Shown: positions 28,471 to 38,357 of the stretch, one piece after another
How the letters are laid out: every line of letters begins with the position of its first letter
Position numbering within the stretch: position 1 is the first letter of the stretch
Source of the DNA: a virus
Taxonomy: Duplodnaviria; Caudoviricetes
Direction: 5' to 3' (one strand)
Virus record (IMG/VR): IMGVR_UViG_3300033074_000711
Span: 91,931 to 155,930 of that record
DNA length: 64,000 nucleotides
Position numbers and translations under genes: made by a program
Notes under the pieces: model-generated
The model's input: the letters and a program-made list of their open reading frames with translations, nothing else
Databases searched by the model: none
What the model was told of the DNA's origin: nothing

Positions 28471-31400
28471 GAAAAAAAGTAACAGACAATATTTAGAAAA
28501 AGTTAATGTCTTATTAGAGGATGTTGATAATACTATTTTTAATATTACCAACATTCCTCAAATATTATACAGTGGTAATAATCATTTTTTAATTTATGGC
28601 TCAGATAAATTAAAACAAAATTCTGAAATAGCTATAGAAATTTTAGATAGTAATAATAATACAATTTATTACGAAATTTCAAAGGACTATAATTTTGGCG
28701 GTAATAGATTAGTGTCAATAAAAATATTTGATTATGTTGAAAATGGTTTAGCAACATTGACAATATTAGGTATATTAAACACAAATGATGTTGAATGGAA
28801 AAATAAATATAATGTTAAAACAACAAGAAAAATAATAGTTGATAAAACATTAAATAATAACAGTGATATTATTTTTAAAAATTTTCCAACAGCTAGTATT
28901 AATGAAGTTTTTAGAACAGATTTAAATACAGAAAATTCAACAATTTATTCAAATTACAACTCAGGTTCGATTAGCACATATATTGCAACTAATGTTAAAA
29001 ATACCAATTTAAATTATAGTACAATGAAATTGGTAAGTGGTTCGCTTAATGAAAAAATGTTAAATTCTAAAATTGAAATATATAGTGGTAGCATAACACA
29101 TAGTGCAATTATAGATAGGATAGTTAATGAAACTTATTGTTATATAAAACCAAATTATTTAGAAAATGATATTGTAAAAACTTTTGACAATTGTAATTAT
29201 AATATACAATACATTAATAGTACATATCAAGAAACATTTTTATCATCATCTTATGCTGAAATTGTATTAAACAATTTAGAAACATTATCAGGTAAAATAG
29301 ATAAAATTAAAGTCTTTTCAAAAAATATAAATAGAAATGAAGATTATAAGTTATTAGGAGATTATCCACTATTATCATGGAATAATTATTATGCGTGGAG
29401 TGGTTCATTATTAATAGATACTGGTGTATTAAAAAAATATTGGAGTTCATATTATGATAATGGTGGTTTAATCTCCACAAATTACATTATAACAGAAAAT
29501 GATAATGTCTTATTAAATTCTATACAAATTAATACAGAACCACATGAAAGTACCGCATATGCTTATATAGTTAATAATACACCTTTTACTGTTATAAAGG
29601 GCAATAAATATGTTTTAGAATTTGATAGAGCAGTTTTATTAAAAGATTTATATAACACTGATTGTAATTTTAAAATAAGTGCATATGGCACAAGCTTATA
29701 TAATTCAGATGAAACATTATTATACGAAGAATATAATATAGATAATACTGTTATATCACCAACATATTTGGGTAAAAAATTCATAGTGTTTGAACCAAAT
29801 AAAACAGGTACATTATTTATTAAATTTATTTTTGGTGCTGGCACATGGTATTTATCTAATTTAAAATTATATGATTATTTTGATGTTGGTATAAATCCGA
29901 ATAATACAAAATTATATATTCCTATTAATAATTTTAAAAGAAATGAACAATACGTTTTTAAAATAGAATATAAAAATATAAATAATTTATCATCACAAAA
30001 TTATTCTGAAATAAATTTACCATTAAATTTTATAGGTAATCCTAAATACATACAGTTAGATGATAATGTTTTAGACGGTAAATTAAAAATAGGTAATAAT
30101 ATAAATTCAAATGGTATAGAAATATCAGGAAAAGAAACAAACGGTTCTTATATATCATCAGTTGGTTACAAAGGATATTATAGTGCTAGTAATAATATAG
30201 GTGATTCTGGATTTTTAATTTATAGTGGGTCTGTTTTAAATACATTAACAAATGAGTATGAAAATGGTGTTGGTTTAGAATTACACGGTGGTTATAAATC
30301 AGGTAGTATGAGATTTAAAGCAGATGGTCTAAATAGTTTTTTAGAAATAACTGGTTCAATATTTGCTGAAAATGGTTATTTTTCTGGTTTGTTAAGCGCA
30401 AGTACGGGACACATTGCTAGTTTTTATATAAATGAGACAAGCATAACTTCTAATAATAATACTAATACATCAAGATTTATTTTAAGTCAATCTGCTAATA
30501 TTAGAGATATTGGTTTGCATTTAAATGATGGTAATAATGTTAATAGATTACAAATAGGATTAGTAAATACAACAGGTAGCAAAATATCGGATTATGGTAA
30601 TATAGCATTAACAAGTAGTGCAACTAATTCAGATAATATGGCGACATTATCAAAATGGTCGATTTTAGATGATACTACACCTGGTATTGCTAGATTAGAT
30701 ATGAGTTCTTATACATTAACGAGTGCCAGTATTTCTATAAATTCAATACTAATTAATGAATTAGATTTTATACCTGCTGGTGGTTATTTATATACAAACA
30801 ATACTAATAATAATTTTAATTCTGTACCATCTGGTCAATATATATTAAGTGTTAAATCATATCAATCTTCTGGAAAAGATAGAGCAATTTTTAAAATAAT
30901 AATAAAAGATGATAGTGATAATGTGTTATTTAATAGCAATAATTATGTAACCAATAGTGATGAATATAATTTACATCAGTTTGCTTTTACAATAAGTGAA
31001 ACAAAAAATTTAAGAATATATTATTATTGTTCTTTATTAAGTTATAATTCTCAATTTTATTTATTTGATACAAAAATACAACCATATGTTAGTAGAATGA
31101 GTATAACAGAACGTGGTTTACTTTTATCAACATCTCCGAATAAATATATATTATTATCAGATTTTTTTAATTTAATCGGAATTAATGAAATTCAAACTGA
31201 TATTATATATGCAAATAAAATTATTTCTGATGATTTAGTTAAAATTTCTATAAATACTGATAATACAATTTTAAATTATTTTAATATTACTGGCAGTTTT
31301 GTTGATAATAATAATAATGATATTTCAAACATAAGTGCTAAGTGTTTTGATTTTTGGATATCAAAAAAACCATATGGTCAAATAAGCACAATAGGCACAT

Positions 31401-31630
31401 CTAATATAGAATTAAAAAATTTATATAATTGTGGGTTAATAACAAATTATACAACCAGTTCGGTCGAAGATTATATTTATAAATTTAGTAATGTTAGTCA
31501 ATCTGGCTTAATCAGTTCTAGTATAAATAATATATTTTCATTTTCAATTTATTCTAGTTTACCAGTAGGTGGTTATATAAACATTTCATATAATAATAAA
31601 ATTTATACAGAATATTTAGATATTGCTTAA
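28463..31630 (+). CDS. large virion structural/tail protein
   Basis: N/S/T/G-rich beta composition; SSVGYKGY, GFLIYSGS, GVGLELHG, LEITGSI.A..G fibre motifs. Confidence 0.55.
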   Translation: MLEKKSNRQYLEKVNVLLEDVDNTIFNITNIPQILYSGNNHFLIYGSDKLKQNSEIAIEILDSNNNTIYYEISKDYNFGGNRLVSIKIFDYVENGLATLTILGILNTNDVEWKNKYNVKTTRKIIVDKTLNNNSDIIFKNFPTASINEVFRTDLNTENSTIYSNYNSGSISTYIATNVKNTNLNYSTMKLVSGSLNEKMLNSKIEIYSGSITHSAIIDRIVNETYCYIKPNYLENDIVKTFDNCNYNIQYINSTYQETFLSSSYAEIVLNNLETLSGKIDKIKVFSKNINRNEDYKLLGDYPLLSWNNYYAWSGSLLIDTGVLKKYWSSYYDNGGLISTNYIITENDNVLLNSIQINTEPHESTAYAYIVNNTPFTVIKGNKYVLEFDRAVLLKDLYNTDCNFKISAYGTSLYNSDETLLYEEYNIDNTVISPTYLGKKFIVFEPNKTGTLFIKFIFGAGTWYLSNLKLYDYFDVGINPNNTKLYIPINNFKRNEQYVFKIEYKNINNLSSQNYSEINLPLNFIGNPKYIQLDDNVLDGKLKIGNNINSNGIEISGKETNGSYISSVGYKGYYSASNNIGDSGFLIYSGSVLNTLTNEYENGVGLELHGGYKSGSMRFKADGLNSFLEITGSIFAENGYFSGLLSASTGHIASFYINETSITSNNNTNTSRFILSQSANIRDIGLHLNDGNNVNRLQIGLVNTTGSKISDYGNIALTSSATNSDNMATLSKWSILDDTTPGIARLDMSSYTLTSASISINSILINELDFIPAGGYLYTNNTNNNFNSVPSGQYILSVKSYQSSGKDRAIFKIIIKDDSDNVLFNSNNYVTNSDEYNLHQFAFTISETKNLRIYYYCSLLSYNSQFYLFDTKIQPYVSRMSITERGLLLSTSPNKYILLSDFFNLIGINEIQTDIIYANKIISDDLVKISINTDNTILNYFNITGSFVDNNNNDISNISAKCFDFWISKKPYGQISTIGTSNIELKNLYNCGLITNYTTSSVEDYIYKFSNVSQSGLISSSINNIFSFSIYSSLPVGGYINISYNNKIYTEYLDIA

Positions 31631-31638
31631 GGAGTTCT

Positions 31639-32283
31639 ATGAAAAAAGACGAATTTACATATGATATTAAAAAAGTTCACGCAATTTTAAGGGGTGAAGA
31701 ACCAACATTAAATATTTATCAAAATAATTTTGTAAAGAGTTTCGATAAATTAGAAGATAAAATTAATATAGATGGTGTTGAATATGAAGTTTTTACAGAT
31801 AGTGAAAAAAAATATATAAAAAGAAATGGTGTAAATGTAGATATTAAATTTTTTGAAAATTCTGGTGTTTCAAAACTAACATGTCCAAAGTGTAAAAAAA
31901 TATTTTCACATAAATTTGATAAATTTTATTACTCAAAAACAAATATGTGTTACTCATGTTTTATAAAATTTCAAACAGAGATGTTGATAGAAGATAAATG
32001 GTACGAATATGAAGAGGAACAAATTTTAAAAAGTAAATTATCATTTGCAAAAGAAACGCTACAAACGGTTAATGATATTTTAAATGGTGGTATAAAAAAA
32101 CAATATTCATATGTTAAAAATGAATCTGGTGAAGTTGAATATTGGGAAAATGAAAAATATTCAGAGGAATTAGAATTTTTTGATAAAGAAAAAAAATATT
32201 TAGAAAATATAATTGAATTAATTCAAAAATATTTAAATAAAGAAATAACAGCAGAAGAATATGATGAAAAAATAAAAAAATAA
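31639..32283 (+). CDS. hypothetical Zn-finger protein
   Basis: CPKC...CYSC; AAGGAG RBS. Confidence 0.6.
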   Translation: MKKDEFTYDIKKVHAILRGEEPTLNIYQNNFVKSFDKLEDKINIDGVEYEVFTDSEKKYIKRNGVNVDIKFFENSGVSKLTCPKCKKIFSHKFDKFYYSKTNMCYSCFIKFQTEMLIEDKWYEYEEEQILKSKLSFAKETLQTVNDILNGGIKKQYSYVKNESGEVEYWENEKYSEELEFFDKEKKYLENIIELIQKYLNKEITAEEYDEKIKK

Positions 32284-32290
32284 TTTTCAT

Positions 32291-32325
32291 TAACTATTTA
32301 CTTTTTATAAAAAATGTGTTATATT
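32291..32325 (+). promoter_or_regulatory. repeated sigma70-like promoter
   Basis: About 60 bp from here differ by 1 nt from the copy at 51662. Confidence 0.75.
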
Positions 32326-32361
32326 ATATATGTAAATTAAATTAATTATTGAGGTTACAAA

Positions 32362-32547
32362 ATGGAAGACGCAAACAAAGAAAACAAAGCAAAACAACAA
32401 AATTGGTATGAAGTTTTCTCATATTTAGGAAAGCATCTCGGTTATGTAGTAGCTCAAAATAAAAAAGATGCTGGAAATATTGCTGTAGAGAAGTTCGGCA
32501 ATGGAGTTTTCACCAAAAGGTGTTATAATGGTGGAGTTAGAGGTTAA
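32362..32547 (+). CDS. small early hypothetical protein
   Basis: Promoter plus GAGG RBS; hairpin agttagagg/cctctaact at 32535-32559. Confidence 0.6.
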   Translation: MEDANKENKAKQQNWYEVFSYLGKHLGYVVAQNKKDAGNIAVEKFGNGVFTKRCYNGGVRG

Positions 32548-32586
32548 TATCCTCTAACTTGGGAAAATAATAAAAAAGAGGTTACT

Positions 32587-32826
32587 ATGTTAGAAATTCA
32601 AATATTAAAAGAAGAAATAAACAAAGTTGATTTATACAAAAAAGTTCAAAAAGCATTTGTTGGAGCTTTCATAAATGGCTTTGATTATGTTGGTATAAAA
32701 GAAAACGAACAAACGTTTCACTTTTGTTTTAATGAAACATATTGTAAAAACTTCAACTATAAAATATTTCAAGATTTAGGTGAAGCAGTTACATACGTGT
32801 TTAAAAAACATAATAATATGTTATGA
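32587..32826 (+). CDS. hypothetical protein
   Basis: GAGG RBS. Confidence 0.55.
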   Translation: MLEIQILKEEINKVDLYKKVQKAFVGAFINGFDYVGIKENEQTFHFCFNETYCKNFNYKIFQDLGEAVTYVFKKHNNML

Positions 32827-32887
32827 CTATATTATTAATAATTTTAACAGCTTTTTCCGCTTATAATTAATTTTTTAAAGGATATAA

Positions 32888-33985
32888 GTGAAATTAACAA
32901 GAGAGCAAATAAAGACGCTAAATAGTTATGTTGAAAATGGTTATATAAATAAAAGAAAACACCCAGAGTGTAATTTGTATTTATATAAATATTCGGTTAA
33001 ACAATCTTTTGCACCATATAATGAATGGTGTGAAATAATTAAAATGTGTAGAGGTTTGATATTAACTGAAGATTATAATATTGTTGCAAAACCATTTGAA
33101 AAATTTTTTAATTTACATGAAGAAAATATAAAAGTTGATGAAAGTATATTAAATTATGAATTAATAGAAAAATTAGATGGTTCGTTAATAATAACATATT
33201 TTAATCCAATACTAAATAAATTTGAATGCACAACAACAGGTTCATTTGAATCTGAACAAGCTAAAATGGCGAATGATATTTTAATTAATAATAATATTTA
33301 TGAAAAGTTATATATGTCATATACATATTGTTTTGAGTTAATACATCCAGAAAATAGAATAGTTGTAGATTATGGTGATATAAAAGATGTGATTTTGTTA
33401 GGTGTATTTGATATAAATACTGGCAAAAAGGTTATAGAAAAATTAGATGGTGTAAAAAATCCTAAAAAATATAAATTTAATAATTTAAATGAATTAAATA
33501 ATTTTTTACAAAATTCTAAAAACTTTGAAGGATTTGTAATAGAAACAGACGATAAAAAGTTACATAAATTAAAAACGCAGGAGTACATTAAATTACACTA
33601 TTTAAAAAATCAATTAAATAAAAAATCAGCATTTGATTTATACTATGATAGTTTAGGTTCATTAGAAAGTGTCAAAAATTATGATATACAAGAAATAAAT
33701 GATTATTATTCTAAAGAATTTAAAAACATAAAAAATATTTTAGATAATGAATTAAATATAATAAATGATTTATATAATAAATACATAGAACAAAATTTTA
33801 AAATTATACAAAACTTAACAGAAGTAGAAAAAAATAAACATTTTGCATTATATGTTATAGGAAAAACACCTAAGCAATATCATAGTTTATTATTCGAGTT
33901 TAAAAATAAAAAATCATTTGATAAATTTGCACAAAAAGTATTAAAGTTGTTAATAAAAAATATTTATTTACAGGAGATGAATTAA
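32888..33985 (+). CDS. rnlA: RNA ligase 1 (T4 Rnl1/RnlA-like)
   Basis: CRGLIL, KPFEKFFN, motif I EKLDGS, FEL..PENRIVV.Y, EGFV, KLK..EY. Confidence 0.85.
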   Translation: MKLTREQIKTLNSYVENGYINKRKHPECNLYLYKYSVKQSFAPYNEWCEIIKMCRGLILTEDYNIVAKPFEKFFNLHEENIKVDESILNYELIEKLDGSLIITYFNPILNKFECTTTGSFESEQAKMANDILINNNIYEKLYMSYTYCFELIHPENRIVVDYGDIKDVILLGVFDINTGKKVIEKLDGVKNPKKYKFNNLNELNNFLQNSKNFEGFVIETDDKKLHKLKTQEYIKLHYLKNQLNKKSAFDLYYDSLGSLESVKNYDIQEINDYYSKEFKNIKNILDNELNIINDLYNKYIEQNFKIIQNLTEVEKNKHFALYVIGKTPKQYHSLLFEFKNKKSFDKFAQKVLKLLIKNIYLQEMN

Positions 33986-34872
33986 TGCAATTTATAGAGT
34001 TATTATATGGGTTACCTGGTTCTGGAAAATCTAAATATGCTAAAGAAAAGGTTAGAGAAGATAGTACATATAAAAGAGTTAATAAAGATGATATTAGAGA
34101 ATTGCTGTTTAGTTCAGTTTTTAATAAAGAGAATGAAAAATTAACAATAAACATTAGAGATACATTAATTTATGAATTATTAAATAAAGGTTACAATGTT
34201 ATAGTTGATGATACTAACTTTCCATTTGGTGGTGAACATTATCAAACTATTTGTAATATTGCCAAAAATCATGGTAATGTAATGGTTATTGAAAAATATA
34301 TTGATATTGATTTAGAAACAGCAATAAAAAATAATAAAGGAGAGTTTAGAAAAGAAATACCAGAAAATGTTATTATAAATATGTATAATAAATATATTAA
34401 AAATAAAAATTACCAAACTAGTTCTGTATTTTTCGAAAAAAGTAAAAAGGTTGAAAATAATAGTAACTTACAAAATTGTGTTATTGTAGATATTGATGGT
34501 ACATTAGCTTATAACACTAATAGAAATATTTATGATTATGATAATGTTATAACTGATGATGTTAATAAAAATTTAGTATATTTATTAAATTCTTTACAAA
34601 ATGTTCAAATATTATTATTAACAGGTAGACCAGAAGATTGTAGAAAACAAACCAAAGAATGGTTATATAAAAATAATATCAATTATCATGTTTTATTTAT
34701 GAGAGATATTAATAATAATGAATCAGATTTTATCATAAAGCAAAAAATTTACAATCAATGTATTAAACCATTGTTTAACTGCTTATGTATTTTTGAAGAT
34801 AGGAAAAGAAACATAGATATGTGGCGTGGTATCGGCTTAGAAGCTTATCAAGTTAAATATGGTAATTATTAA
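33985..34872 (+). CDS. pseT: polynucleotide 5'-kinase/3'-phosphatase
   Basis: GLPGSGKS, NKDDIR, VIVDDTN; HAD DIDGT, TGRPE, FEDR. Confidence 0.9.
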   Translation: MQFIELLYGLPGSGKSKYAKEKVREDSTYKRVNKDDIRELLFSSVFNKENEKLTINIRDTLIYELLNKGYNVIVDDTNFPFGGEHYQTICNIAKNHGNVMVIEKYIDIDLETAIKNNKGEFRKEIPENVIINMYNKYIKNKNYQTSSVFFEKSKKVENNSNLQNCVIVDIDGTLAYNTNRNIYDYDNVITDDVNKNLVYLLNSLQNVQILLLTGRPEDCRKQTKEWLYKNNINYHVLFMRDINNNESDFIIKQKIYNQCIKPLFNCLCIFEDRKRNIDMWRGIGLEAYQVKYGNY

Positions 34873-34873
34873 T

Positions 34874-36016
34874 ATGGATTTAAATTATGAATTAAAAAAA
34901 TGGTTTGGTTATGATGAATTTAAAGAATATCAAAAAGAAATAATAAATGATATTTTAAATAAGAAAAATGTTTTAGCCGTATTACCAACGGGTTATGGAA
35001 AATCTCTATGTTATCAATTACCTTCAGTTTTAATAGATGGATTAACATTAGTTATTAGCCCATTATTAAGTTTAATGCAAGACCAAATAGATAAACTAAA
35101 TGAAAGAAATATACCATGTGCAACCTTAAATTCATTTACAGATATAGAAGATAAAAGTATAATAAAGCAAAATTTGAAAGAAAATAAAATAAAAATTTTA
35201 TATATTTCACCTGAATTCTGTCAAAATTTAAGAGTAATAAATTATTTAAAATCATTAAATATTTCACTATTAGTAATAGATGAAGCACATTGTATAACAG
35301 AGTGGGGTTATGATTTTAGACCTTCATATACAAAAACGTTATCACTATTAACAAAAGTATTATCATGTAATTGTTTGGCTGTTACAGCAACAGCAACTAA
35401 AAAAACTAGAGATGATATTAAAAAAATTTTAAGATTTGAAAACTTTTCTGAATATATTGGTAATTTCGATAGACCTAATTTAAATATAAGTGTTATAAAA
35501 AATTTAGATAAGGATGCATTTTTATTAGATTTAATTTCTAATTACAAAAACAAAACAGGTATAATTTATTGCTTATCACAAAAAGATACACATTATTTAA
35601 GCGGTATGTTAAATTCAAATAATATTAAATCTTTACCATATAACGCTGGCATGACAAGAGAAGATAGAATTGATGCTCAAGAAAAGTTTATTAATGATGA
35701 TATTAATGTTATTTGTGCAACAACAGCATTTGGTATGGGTATAGATAAACCTGATATAAGATTTATAATACATCATACATTACCGTTATCAACAGAGAGT
35801 TATTATCAACAAATAGGTAGAGCAGGTAGAGATGGTAAAAAATCAGATTGTATTTTAATATACTCATATAATGATATTAAAAAGGTTATTTGGTTATTGA
35901 ACAGAGGTGCTAATATAAATGATGTTGAATATAAATTATTATTATTTAATAAATTTAAAAATATTGTTGAAAGAGGATTGAAGAGAGAAGATTTATTAAA
36001 CTATTTTAATAATTAA
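34874..36016 (+). CDS. recQ: RecQ-family helicase (helicase core only)
   Basis: LPTGYGKSLCYQLP, ISPLLSLMQDQ, IDEAHCITEWGYDFRP, TATAT, AFGMGIDKPDIR, YYQQIGRAGRDG. Confidence 0.9.
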   Translation: MDLNYELKKWFGYDEFKEYQKEIINDILNKKNVLAVLPTGYGKSLCYQLPSVLIDGLTLVISPLLSLMQDQIDKLNERNIPCATLNSFTDIEDKSIIKQNLKENKIKILYISPEFCQNLRVINYLKSLNISLLVIDEAHCITEWGYDFRPSYTKTLSLLTKVLSCNCLAVTATATKKTRDDIKKILRFENFSEYIGNFDRPNLNISVIKNLDKDAFLLDLISNYKNKTGIIYCLSQKDTHYLSGMLNSNNIKSLPYNAGMTREDRIDAQEKFINDDINVICATTAFGMGIDKPDIRFIIHHTLPLSTESYYQQIGRAGRDGKKSDCILIYSYNDIKKVIWLLNRGANINDVEYKLLLFNKFKNIVERGLKREDLLNYFNN

Positions 36017-36029
36017 TAAATATTTTAAT

Positions 36030-36064
36030 TAACTATTTACTTTTTAATTAAATTTTATTATATT
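36030..36064 (+). promoter_or_regulatory. repeated sigma70-like promoter
   Basis: taactatttactttt...tatatt. Confidence 0.7.
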
Positions 36065-36191
36065 ATATATATTGATAATAAATACTATGTTAAAAATATA
36101 AATAAAAAATTATACTGTTAATAATAATTAATATATCTTTTTATAATTTTTTATATTTATATAAAATAAATTAAATAAACATTGTTAAAAT

Positions 36192-36548
36192 ATGATTAAA
36201 TTACAAAATTTATTAAATGAAGCGGTAAAAACTTTAGTAAAAAGTGTCAATATAAGATATAATATTGTCACAACAATACATTCTAACGATAGATTAAATA
36301 GACCTAATTATCAACAAATAAATCAAAAACAAATAGAAGATGCTATAAATATTATTATAAATGAAATTGCACAAGATGTTTTAATGGGTGCTATAAAAAA
36401 TAGAAATAATATTTATATAAAATCTGGTAATTTAAATATAATAGCAATAGTTGAGTTTTTGGGACATAGTTTTGACATAGTTGTAAAAACTGCAATTATA
36501 AAACCAGATTTTTACGCTAAAGATGTTGCAAAAAGTTATAATATTTAA
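36192..36548 (+). CDS. short-leader protein (MIKLQNLLNE), possible RelE/BECR-like fold
   Basis: TIHSNDRLNR...VVKTAI pattern; late motif at 36152. Confidence 0.55.
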   Translation: MIKLQNLLNEAVKTLVKSVNIRYNIVTTIHSNDRLNRPNYQQINQKQIEDAINIIINEIAQDVLMGAIKNRNNIYIKSGNLNIIAIVEFLGHSFDIVVKTAIIKPDFYAKDVAKSYNI

Positions 36549-36551
36549 TAA

Positions 36552-36947
36552 ATGTTAAGAGGTTTTATGTTTAATGTTGTAGAAAAAAATAATGATAGAT
36601 TAAAATCATTAAATATTATTTATTTTTTCTTAAAGTCTAATGATAGATTTTTAAAAATTATGAATGAATATTCCGATGCCTGGTGTGTAACATTAGATAA
36701 AAATTTAGAAAAATTATATATTGATGTTATTTTTAAAGAAGTTAAAGATATTAATAAAGAAGAATTTTATCAAAAGTTTTATTTTGATAAAAAATTTTGT
36801 GTTAAAAATGTATTAAAAAAATTACCAGAAGTTGATTTAAATTTTATTAAGAATAAACTACATATAGAAAATTTAGATTCTTTAACACAACAAGAATCTG
36901 ATAAACTTAATAATGGAATTTCTTTGTGTTTAGAATTTGTTAGTTAA
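36552..36947 (+). CDS. hypothetical protein
   Basis: ORF with GAGG before second Met. Confidence 0.5.
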   Translation: MLRGFMFNVVEKNNDRLKSLNIIYFFLKSNDRFLKIMNEYSDAWCVTLDKNLEKLYIDVIFKEVKDINKEEFYQKFYFDKKFCVKNVLKKLPEVDLNFIKNKLHIENLDSLTQQESDKLNNGISLCLEFVS

Positions 36948-37213
36948 TAATATATTAATTAAAAAATCATATAAAATGTTATTAAAATATACAATTTTGT
37001 TATATTTACTAATATAAAATGTAGGTTATAGTTAATGATAAAATTCAATAGAATTGGTGATAAAATAATATTATAGTTTTCAAACGTGATAAAACAGTTA
37101 TTAAATTAAAACAACACAGCGATGTTAATCTAAAAACAACAAATTACATGGTGTGTTGGTGTCACCGTCTGTTTTACTGTGAAAATATCAAAAAAATATC
37201 AGTGGAGAAAAAT

Positions 37214-37759
37214 ATGCAGCTAATTAGCAGAAAAGGTAGTTTCGATTCGGGTCACCGTGTAATGAATGAAAAATTCAAGTGTTATAACATCCACGGTCAC
37301 ACGTATTTGTATGAATTAAACTTCGAATTTAACGACATGATGGATATAGGGTATGCTATAGATTTCAAAGAAATCAAGCGAGTAGGGTGCCAGTGGATAG
37401 ACGATTATTTAGACCACGGTATGATACTTAACCCAAAGGACGATCTGTTGATAACCACTGCTAAACAAATGGGTAGTAAATATTGGATAATGTCGTTGAA
37501 CGGGGGTGGGTATTGTAACCCGACAGCAGAAAATATAGCCCGAGAAATTTGTTTAGCTCAGCAAATATTATTTGAAAAACATAATGGATTATATTTTCAT
37601 TCATTACGTTTATATGAAACGCCTAATTGCTGGACTGATTGTTATTTAGGTGAAATAAGTGACAAAGAAAAAGAAAATTTTAATACAGCGAGAAGTCATG
37701 AAATAAGAAAATATGCAGCTGAAAAGGGTATAATAGAATATGATTGCACCAAAATTTAA
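37214..37759 (+). CDS. queD: 6-carboxytetrahydropterin synthase
   Basis: FDSGHRV...CYNIHGHTY, IDFKEIK, LDHG, NPTAEN, LYETPN; GGAG RBS supports start 37214. Confidence 0.85.
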   Translation: MQLISRKGSFDSGHRVMNEKFKCYNIHGHTYLYELNFEFNDMMDIGYAIDFKEIKRVGCQWIDDYLDHGMILNPKDDLLITTAKQMGSKYWIMSLNGGGYCNPTAENIAREICLAQQILFEKHNGLYFHSLRLYETPNCWTDCYLGEISDKEKENFNTARSHEIRKYAAEKGIIEYDCTKI

Positions 37760-37825
37760 AATAACCGTTGGTTTTTATGTAAAATTTTAATATATTTATT
37801 TATCATAAATATAAGTGTGAATTAA

Positions 37826-38347
37826 ATGAAAAAAACAAAAGACATAACTAAATATAATATTGATTGGCAAATAATAAGAGTCTGTGCCAAAAAAATGAAA
37901 ACATGTGAAGAAAAAATCGCAGTATGTGAGCAATATTTTAAAGAAAATATGACAGTTGATAATAAAGAACGGTATATAAATTGGTTAGAAGGGTTGCTGT
38001 TAGGATATAAGGCTTCGAATGATATGCAATCCGTCGACATCATTATTGAAAAAATTGACGAGTCTTATTCGATAAAGTGTAAATCGAAAGAAACCAATCA
38101 AGTGTCTTCAGAGAGTAGTATATTAAAATATGACGATAAACGGCTATCCACTGTGTTCAATGATTTATGTGATAGGAATATCAGATGGCTGAGTAAAGGG
38201 TATTTTAACACAGAATTAAATGAGTTTATCGATAATATACATAAATGTATAAGAGATAAACACGCCGTGAAAAAGAAGAAAGAAAAATTAGACATGATGA
38301 GGTGTAGTAGTAAAAAAATAAAAAATACATATAGTTTTATATATTAA
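37826..38347 (+). CDS. hypothetical protein within que cluster
   Basis: Between queD and queC; late-like motif at 37791. Confidence 0.6.
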   Translation: MKKTKDITKYNIDWQIIRVCAKKMKTCEEKIAVCEQYFKENMTVDNKERYINWLEGLLLGYKASNDMQSVDIIIEKIDESYSIKCKSKETNQVSSESSILKYDDKRLSTVFNDLCDRNIRWLSKGYFNTELNEFIDNIHKCIRDKHAVKKKKEKLDMMRCSSKKIKNTYSFIY

Positions 38348-38357
38348 AGAGGATACC

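Noticed and set aside
32535-32559. Hairpin as intrinsic terminator
   Set aside because: Good stem but no U-tract; may be a stability or processing hairpin
36950-37213. preQ1 riboswitch upstream of queD
   Set aside because: No recognisable preQ1 stem-loop or pseudoknot consensus by eye; an Rfam scan would be decisive
37148-37213. N-terminal extension of QueD from ATG 37148
   Set aside because: GGAG RBS and family alignment favour ATG 37214
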